A stretch of DNA of 64,000 nucleotides from Candidatus Eiseniibacteriota bacterium (GTDB lineage Bacteria; Eisenbacteria; RBG-16-71-46; JABDJR01): positions 864,001 to 928,000 of the forward strand of contig CAVXKA010000002.1 of the NCBI GenBank assembly GCA_963762255.1, written 5' to 3'. Positions within the stretch are counted from its first letter, which is position 1. Every line of letters begins with the position of its first letter. This document shows positions 58,557 through 64,000 of the stretch, in pieces. The translations under genes were made by a program, and so were the position numbers. The notes beneath the pieces were generated by a model. The model searched no databases. It was not told where the DNA came from and was given only the letters and a program-made list of their open reading frames with translations.

Positions 58557-59024
58557 TCAGGGCGCGAGCAGGCGGCGAAGCAACCGAATCTGTCCGGCGT
58601 GGTAGGTCAGATGGGTCAGGAGCCGAAGGATGTAGGCCTGCACGGTGGCGCCGCCGGGCCATCCCTCCGCCGGCGCGGGCCCACCGAGGGCTCGCGGGTC
58701 CATCGTGAGGACCGCGGTCCGCGTCTCGACGCACGCTTCGTCCCACATCGCGAGCACATCCGCCTTCGACGCCCAGGGCTCGGCGGCGAACTCGCGATCG
58801 CGTTCGCGCGCGTAGTCGCTGCCGTAGAGAAGATGGCCGAAGAAGTGCCGGAGGTTGCCGACGAGATGGAGCGCGAGGTTGCCCGGCGAGACCGCGCCCG
58901 GCACCGGGCGCTCCCAGAGACGCGCCTCGGGGACCGCCTCCAGGTCCTCACGCACCGAGACGTGGTAGCGCTCCACCAGATCGGCGACGGTGTTGAGGAA
59001 CTCCTGCTCCTGGCTCTCGACCAT
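58557..59024 (-). CDS. DinB/DUF1572-like protein
   Basis: SPGNLALHLVGN, RERDREF, HLTYHAGQI. Confidence 0.85.
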   Translation of the reverse strand: MVESQEQEFLNTVADLVERYHVSVREDLEAVPEARLWERPVPGAVSPGNLALHLVGNLRHFFGHLLYGSDYARERDREFAAEPWASKADVLAMWDEACVETRTAVLTMDPRALGGPAPAEGWPGGATVQAYILRLLTHLTYHAGQIRLLRRLLAP

Positions 59025-59025
59025 G

Positions 59026-59298
59026 TCAGATCCCCATGTGGACTTCGTCCACGACGCCAACGATGACGGCCCGCACCGGCGCGTTCGGGTCACCGACCAC
59101 CTGGCGGGCGGAGTTGCCCTCGTCGATCAGGAGCACCAGCTCGCCGGCGCCCGCGTCGACGGAGTCGAGCGCGATCACGTAGCGCCCGTCCGGCGCGAGC
59201 TTCTCGTCCAGGCGATCCACCAGCAGCATGCGTCGCCCCTGATAGAACGGGTGCTGGATCGTGGAGACGACGGTGCCGGTTACTCTGCCGAGGAACAT
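59026..59298 (-). CDS. BMC vertex pentamer (EutN/CcmL)
   Basis: MFLGRVTGTVVST...DSVDAGAGE...IVGVVD. Confidence 0.93.
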   Translation of the reverse strand: MFLGRVTGTVVSTIQHPFYQGRRMLLVDRLDEKLAPDGRYVIALDSVDAGAGELVLLIDEGNSARQVVGDPNAPVRAVIVGVVDEVHMGI

Positions 59299-59336
59299 CG
59301 CGAGGTCCCTCCGTCCGGCGACGCGAACACGTTCAC

Positions 59337-59606
59337 CTACTGGTCGCTCACGTCGTCGGCGATGCCGACGATGGCGTGGTCCACGGGCACGAAGGTCTCG
59401 GGCAACGCCATCGCGGCCTCGCGCCCGCCGATGAAATAGACGAGCTCGCCGGGACCGGCCTGCCCGGTGGCGTCGGCGCACACCAGCGGATCGCCCGCGC
59501 TCTTCATCTTGCGGTCGAGCGGCTCCACCATCAGGAGCTTCACCCCTTCGAGCCCTTCGCTCTTGACCGTCGCCACCAGCGTGCCGCGCACCCGCCCGAG
59601 TTGCAT
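59337..59606 (-). CDS. BMC vertex pentamer (EutN/CcmL)
   Basis: MQLGRVRGTLVAT...AGPGE...PVDHAIVGIAD. Confidence 0.93.
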   Translation of the reverse strand: MQLGRVRGTLVATVKSEGLEGVKLLMVEPLDRKMKSAGDPLVCADATGQAGPGELVYFIGGREAAMALPETFVPVDHAIVGIADDVSDQ

Positions 59607-60232
59607 CAGCCTTCGCCCTGGTTCCACTGGGCCGCGAAACGCGTCCCGCCGAAGATGTTCTCGGCCAGTTCGGTATGGAGCCGCGGAATCACAACTTTCT
59701 GCACGAGGTTGCCGCTCTCGATCGCGGAAACGCCGAATTCCACCGCGGCCTCCACGTCGGCCTGCTCGCCGGCAAAGAGCAGAAGCGCCTTCCCGCCCAG
59801 ACCGTTGGCGAGACGAAGCTCCACCAGCGCCACCTGCGCCCCCTTCATACCGGCATCGGCGGCGCGGATCGCGCTCACCGTGGTGCGCGTCTCGATCACG
59901 CCGAGCGTGTCGATGGGATCCTTCGAGCGCTGACCGGCGATGGCGTTGCCCACTGCGGGGTGGATGTCGGGAAGGAACAGGCGATCGATGAGCGCGGGCG
60001 CGCCCGCCTCCACTCCGGCAGCGAGCGATTCCTCGACGCTGGCCACGTCGCCGTCCACCAGCACCAGGTACTTGCCCGGATGAACGCTCCCCGCCACCAG
60101 CGCCCGCACCGGCGCCTTCTTCACCATCGCGTCGGCCGCTCGCATGCCGAGCGCGATGCTCGAGAACTCGAGGAGTCCGAGCGCGGGCACAGTCACCCCG
60201 GGAGCGAGGTCGGCGGCTTCGATCGAGTCCAT
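59606..60232 (-). CDS. BMC tandem-domain shell protein (BMC-T, PduT-like)
   Basis: ALGLLE...ADAMVKKA...PGKY...GDVASV and a second domain LGVIET...ADAGMK...GLGGK. Confidence 0.9.
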   Translation of the reverse strand: MDSIEAADLAPGVTVPALGLLEFSSIALGMRAADAMVKKAPVRALVAGSVHPGKYLVLVDGDVASVEESLAAGVEAGAPALIDRLFLPDIHPAVGNAIAGQRSKDPIDTLGVIETRTTVSAIRAADAGMKGAQVALVELRLANGLGGKALLLFAGEQADVEAAVEFGVSAIESGNLVQKVVIPRLHTELAENIFGGTRFAAQWNQGEG

Positions 60233-60242
60233 CGTCCCTTTC

Positions 60243-61679
60243 CTACACGATCCGGAAGCGGTCCACGAGGACGCACCGCCGCCAGCGGGTGAAACTGCGA
60301 GCGCGGGTCATTCCCTCGCCGGTGGGGCTCGCGATCGAGAACGAGGTGAACCCCTCGCCGCCCGCGCCCAGCCCGGCCAGCGACGAGCCGTTCTTGACGA
60401 AGATCGAGCAGTCCATGACCCGGGCCATGCGGCTCAGGGCATCCACGTTCCGCGAGTGCATGACCGCGGTGTGGCGGAAGCCGTGCTCGGCGGCCTTGGC
60501 CAGATCGATAGCCGCGTTCACGTCGCGCACGCGCACCAGCGGCATGACCGGCATCATCTGCTCGGTCCAGACCAGCGGATGATCCTCGGGGACTTCCACC
60601 AGGATCATGCGCACGTCGTCGCCCACCGTGATCCCCATCTCCTTGAGAATGACGGCGGGGATCTTTCCGATGAAGTTCTTGTTGATCACGCCGTGCTGGC
60701 GCGGCCCGCGCATCTCGGTGAAGATCGTCTTCTCGAGCTTCCCGAGCTGCCAGGCGGTGAGTTCCACCGCGCCGGCGGCGATCATCGCCTTCTTCAGGCG
60801 ATCCGCCACCGCGTCCACGCAGATCACTTCCTTCTCCGTGGTGCAGACGATCTGGTTGTCGAAGGATCCGCCTTTGACGATGTCGCGACCGGCGCGCTCG
60901 AAGTCGGCGGTCTCGTCCACCACCACCGGCGGATTACCAGGGCCCGCGCAGATGGCGCGCTTGCCGCTGCCCATCGCCTCTTTCACCACGCCGGGACCGC
61001 CGGTGACGACCAGCAGGTTGACCAGCTTGTGGCGCATGAGTTCCTGCGCGCTCTCGATCGTGGGATTGGCCACACACGTGACGAGGTTGGGCGGCCCGCC
61101 CGCGGCGGTGATCGCCTGATTGATGAGCTGCACCGTCTTGGCCGAGCAGTTCTTGGCGTTGGGATGGGCGTTGAAGACGGCCGCGTTCCCCGCCGAGAGC
61201 ATCCCGATCGCGTTGTTGATGATGGTGGCGGTGGGGTTGGTGGTCGGTGTGATCGCGCCCACCACGCCGAAGGGCGCAAGCTCCAGAAGCGTGAGCCCGT
61301 GGTCGCCGGTGGTGACCAGTGGTTCGAGATCCTCGGGCCCCGGGCTCTTGTTGATGACGAGAAGGTTCTTCTCGACCTTGTCCTCGTAGCGGCCGAGCCC
61401 GGTCTCCTCGCGCGCCATCCAGGAGAGCAGCTCCGCGTTGTGACGCAGCACGACCCGCATCTGGGCGATGATGTCGTAGCGCAGGGCGAGGCTCGACTCA
61501 CAAAGCAAGCGCTGCGCTTCCTTGGCCGCGGTGACCGCGCTCTCCACGCCGGCGAAGATGCCGTCGCTCCCGGGCGCCGGGGGCGGCGGGAGCGGCTTCC
61601 CCTCGGGGGTGTGGCCCGACTTCATCGAGCCCAACACATCCTGCACCGTGCGGCTGATCTCCTCGCGGGAGATGCTCAT
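60243..61679 (-). CDS. eutE: CoA-acylating aldehyde dehydrogenase (EutE/PduP family) with an N-terminal encapsulation peptide
   Basis: PFGVVGAITPTTNP, TGGPGVV, AGPGNPP, FDNQIVCTTEKE, TGEG; amphipathic N-terminal helix plus Pro-rich linker. Confidence 0.92.
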   Translation of the reverse strand: MSISREEISRTVQDVLGSMKSGHTPEGKPLPPPPAPGSDGIFAGVESAVTAAKEAQRLLCESSLALRYDIIAQMRVVLRHNAELLSWMAREETGLGRYEDKVEKNLLVINKSPGPEDLEPLVTTGDHGLTLLELAPFGVVGAITPTTNPTATIINNAIGMLSAGNAAVFNAHPNAKNCSAKTVQLINQAITAAGGPPNLVTCVANPTIESAQELMRHKLVNLLVVTGGPGVVKEAMGSGKRAICAGPGNPPVVVDETADFERAGRDIVKGGSFDNQIVCTTEKEVICVDAVADRLKKAMIAAGAVELTAWQLGKLEKTIFTEMRGPRQHGVINKNFIGKIPAVILKEMGITVGDDVRMILVEVPEDHPLVWTEQMMPVMPLVRVRDVNAAIDLAKAAEHGFRHTAVMHSRNVDALSRMARVMDCSIFVKNGSSLAGLGAGGEGFTSFSIASPTGEGMTRARSFTRWRRCVLVDRFRIV

Positions 61680-61694
61680 CCGCCTCTCCTTCCC

Positions 61695-61991
61695 TTACTC
61701 ATTCGACTTGTCGTAGACACGGCGATCGTCCAGCTCCCAGGTGTCCACGATCGCCATCACGACGGCGTCGCAGGGACGGTCCTTGGTGGACTGGGTCTGG
61801 CGCGCACTGGAGCCGGTGGCGAAGAGGACGACTTCGCCGACCCCCGCCCCCACTGCATCGCTCGCCACCACGAAGCTGCCGGTCTCCTTGGCTTCCGCGG
61901 TGAGCTGGCGCAGGAGCAGGAACTTGAGTCCCTCCATGCTCTCTTCCTTGCGCGAGGCCACCACGGTGCCGACCACCCGGGCCAGTAGCAT
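61695..61991 (-). CDS. BMC vertex pentamer (EutN/CcmL)
   Basis: [13 protein letters not shown]...DAVGAGVGE...GSSAR...DAVVMAIVD. Confidence 0.94.
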   Translation of the reverse strand: MLLARVVGTVVASRKEESMEGLKFLLLRQLTAEAKETGSFVVASDAVGAGVGEVVLFATGSSARQTQSTKDRPCDAVVMAIVDTWELDDRRVYDKSNE

Positions 61992-62048
61992 GAGCTTTCC
62001 TCCGCGGACGGGGCCGGGACGCGTGCCCCGACCCCGTTCGGAAGTGCG

Positions 62049-62360
62049 TTACTTGCCGCCCATCTCGGCGCGGGCTTCCTTGCTCCGGCCGAGAGGCAGC
62101 GCGATGTCCACGTTGACGTGCGGCCGCGGAATGGTGTGCGTGCTCACCACCTCGCCCACCTTCTCCGCCCCACGCTTGCCGGCATCCACCGCCGCTTTCA
62201 CCGCGGCCACGTCGCCGCGGACGATGACCGTCACATAGCCCCCGCCGATCTTCTCGTAGGCGACCAACTCCACCTTCGCCGCCTTCACCATGGCGTCGGC
62301 GGCTTCCACCGTCGCGGCGAATCCGCGGGTTTCGATCATGCCCAGCGCTTCTGCCATCAC
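62049..62360 (-). CDS. BMC hexamer shell protein (BMC-H, EutM/PduA-like)
   Basis: ALGMIETRG...ADAMVKAA...IGGGY...RGDVAAV...IPRPH. Confidence 0.96.
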   Translation of the reverse strand: MMAEALGMIETRGFAATVEAADAMVKAAKVELVAYEKIGGGYVTVIVRGDVAAVKAAVDAGKRGAEKVGEVVSTHTIPRPHVNVDIALPLGRSKEARAEMGGK

Positions 62361-62451
62361 GTCCTCCGTTGCTTCGGGTTATGCGGCCGGGGAGGCGCCT
62401 TCGTCGGGCTTCACGGCCCGCGCGTGCCCCGTCCGGTCTTCTGAAATCGTT

Positions 62452-63081
62452 CTAGGACTCCCGCCCGGTCAACTCCGCGATCGCGGCCTCGGCGGCGCGG
62501 TACCCGACGTCGATGTCGCGCTCCTCACCGCCGAGATAGATGCGGCCGAACGAACCGAACGCGCGCACATCGAGAATGTTGATGTGCGCCGCCTTCTCCG
62601 CCTCGTTGGCGGCGAGCGCCGCGTAGGCCGCGGGCTCCAGCTCCATGACGTATAGGCTATGCCCCGGCACCAGCATGTTGCCGTGGCGCATCCGGTTGAT
62701 GAGCTGGGCCTGGAGCGGATCCACGAGGCGGATCACCTGGCTCGAGAGGACGCGCGGCTTGCGCCGGTCGCTCTCGGTGAGACCGCACGCATCGAGGATC
62801 GCCTGCCCCGCCTGGCGCACTTCGCCCTGCGATTCGGAGTGAACCTCGAGAAGGCCGTACAGGCGCTCGACGATCTGCATGCCGGGAAAAACGTTGGTGC
62901 TCTTCACCGCGATGTCGGTGATGCGGTTGATCTCGATGCCGGGTGAGATCTCCACGTACAGGCACGCTTGGCCGGGCAGCGGCAGGAACCCTCCCGCCAC
63001 CGTGCCCAGGAACGCCGCGTGCTGCGGCTGCAAGCTGTCGAGAAACACGTAGGAGCGCAGGTCGATCTGCGTTTTCGCCAT
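62452..63081 (-). CDS. Permuted, dimerising BMC-T shell protein (CsoS1D/CcmP-like)
   Basis: [50 protein letters not shown]. Confidence 0.9.
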   Translation of the reverse strand: MAKTQIDLRSYVFLDSLQPQHAAFLGTVAGGFLPLPGQACLYVEISPGIEINRITDIAVKSTNVFPGMQIVERLYGLLEVHSESQGEVRQAGQAILDACGLTESDRRKPRVLSSQVIRLVDPLQAQLINRMRHGNMLVPGHSLYVMELEPAAYAALAANEAEKAAHINILDVRAFGSFGRIYLGGEERDIDVGYRAAEAAIAELTGRES

Positions 63082-63998
63082 CAGTAAGGACCTTTCGTTT
63101 GCGGGGAGTCGACGGCCTCGCCGCGCGACTCCTTCACGATGCGCACCCCCGCCGAGGCGCCGATGCGGGTCGCCCCCGCCTCGATCATCCCCAGCGCATC
63201 GGCATAGCTCCGAATGCCGCCCGCGGCCTTCACCCCCATTTCGGGGCCCACCGTGGCGCGCATGATGGCCACGTCGCGGATGGTCGCCCCCCCTGAGGCG
63301 AATCCGGTGGAGGTCTTCACGAAATCCGCGCGCGCGCGCTTGGCGAGAAGGCAGGCCACGACCTTTTCCTCGTCGGTGAGGAGGGCGGCTTCGATGATCA
63401 CCTTCACGATCACGTTCGATTCGTGGCAGGCGGCGGTGACCTCGGCGATGTCTTCCTCCACCAGATCGTAGTTCCCGCTCTTGAGCGCGCCCACGTTGAT
63501 GACCATGTCCACCTCGCGCGCGCCCTCGCGGATCGCCTTGCGCGACTCGAAAGCCTTGGTGGCGGGAGTGGTGGCGCCGAGCGGGAAGCCGACCACGGTG
63601 CAGACCTTGGCGTCGCTCCCTCGCAAGAGCTGCGCGCAGAGTCGCACGAAGCTTGGGTTGACGCACACCGAGGCGAAGTGGTTGCGCGCCGCTTCCTCGC
63701 AGAGCTTCTGAATCTCCGCTTCGGTGGCGTCGGGCTTGAGCATGGTGTGGTCGATGTAGCTGGCGATGTCGTGGGCCACCGCGCCGCTTCCGCCGCCGGA
63801 GCCGATACGCGACGCGCCGGCGGCCACAAAGCTTCGCACCGTCTCCGGGCTGCGCTGCGCGGGGTTCGTGCTGCGCGCGCGGTCTTCGGAGTCTGCGGAG
63901 CTGGCGTGACGGATGGCGGGTCGCTCGTAGCACGGCTCGTAGGAGCGGCGGTAGGCCTCGGTGACCGCGGGGCCCTTGGGTGCCGACCCGGCGGGCGA
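63081..63998 (-). CDS. deoC: Deoxyribose-phosphate aldolase, 5'-partial, with a long N-terminal extension
   Basis: [47 protein letters not shown]; frame stays open to the window edge. Confidence 0.95.
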   Translation of the reverse strand, partial: SPAGSAPKGPAVTEAYRRSYEPCYERPAIRHASSADSEDRARSTNPAQRSPETVRSFVAAGASRIGSGGGSGAVAHDIASYIDHTMLKPDATEAEIQKLCEEAARNHFASVCVNPSFVRLCAQLLRGSDAKVCTVVGFPLGATTPATKAFESRKAIREGAREVDMVINVGALKSGNYDLVEEDIAEVTAACHESNVIVKVIIEAALLTDEEKVVACLLAKRARADFVKTSTGFASGGATIRDVAIMRATVGPEMGVKAAGGIRSYADALGMIEAGATRIGASAGVRIVKESRGEAVDSPQTKGPY

Positions 63999-64000
63999 GG

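Noticed and set aside
59026-64000. Carboxysome, Eut or Pdu microcompartment
   Set aside because: No RuBisCO, carbonic anhydrase, ethanolamine ammonia-lyase or diol dehydratase in view; the visible signature enzyme is DeoC.

Overview
High-GC diderm bacterial chromosome segment. FlgD/T9SS-like C-terminal domains, PorV-like barrels and short 'TWG..K/R..Y/F' C-terminal tails suggest an FCB-related candidate phylum such as Eisenbacteria, Krumholzibacteriota or Latescibacterota (inference). From left to right: (1) the decaying end of an integron cassette array with four attC-like sites and no integrase in view (1-3.9 kb); (2) envelope and housekeeping genes (rhomboid, TPR-metallopeptidase, patatin-POTRA-Omp85, a heme A/Cox assembly operon, M32 and M28 peptidases, queG, an FHA-GAF-PP2C phosphatase, a radical SAM enzyme, alpha-2-macroglobulin plus pbpC); (3) from 35.4 kb to the window end, an almost entirely minus-strand region that reads as a pathway for using extracellular nucleic acid. 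That region holds a ~1,700-aa non-catalytic LTD/Ig/OB-fold repeat surface protein (four single-base indels), a PorV-like barrel, a ComEA-type HhH-barrel fusion, a FadL/PorV-like barrel, a ComEC-type MBL lipoprotein, a 5'-nucleotidase, a second LTD/OB-fold secreted protein, a nucleoside salvage operon (hpt, deaminase, add, udk, PNP) and a DeoC/aldehyde-dehydrogenase bacterial microcompartment. No rRNA, tRNA, CRISPR array or transposase was recognised. All calls come from reading motifs by eye; no database search was run.
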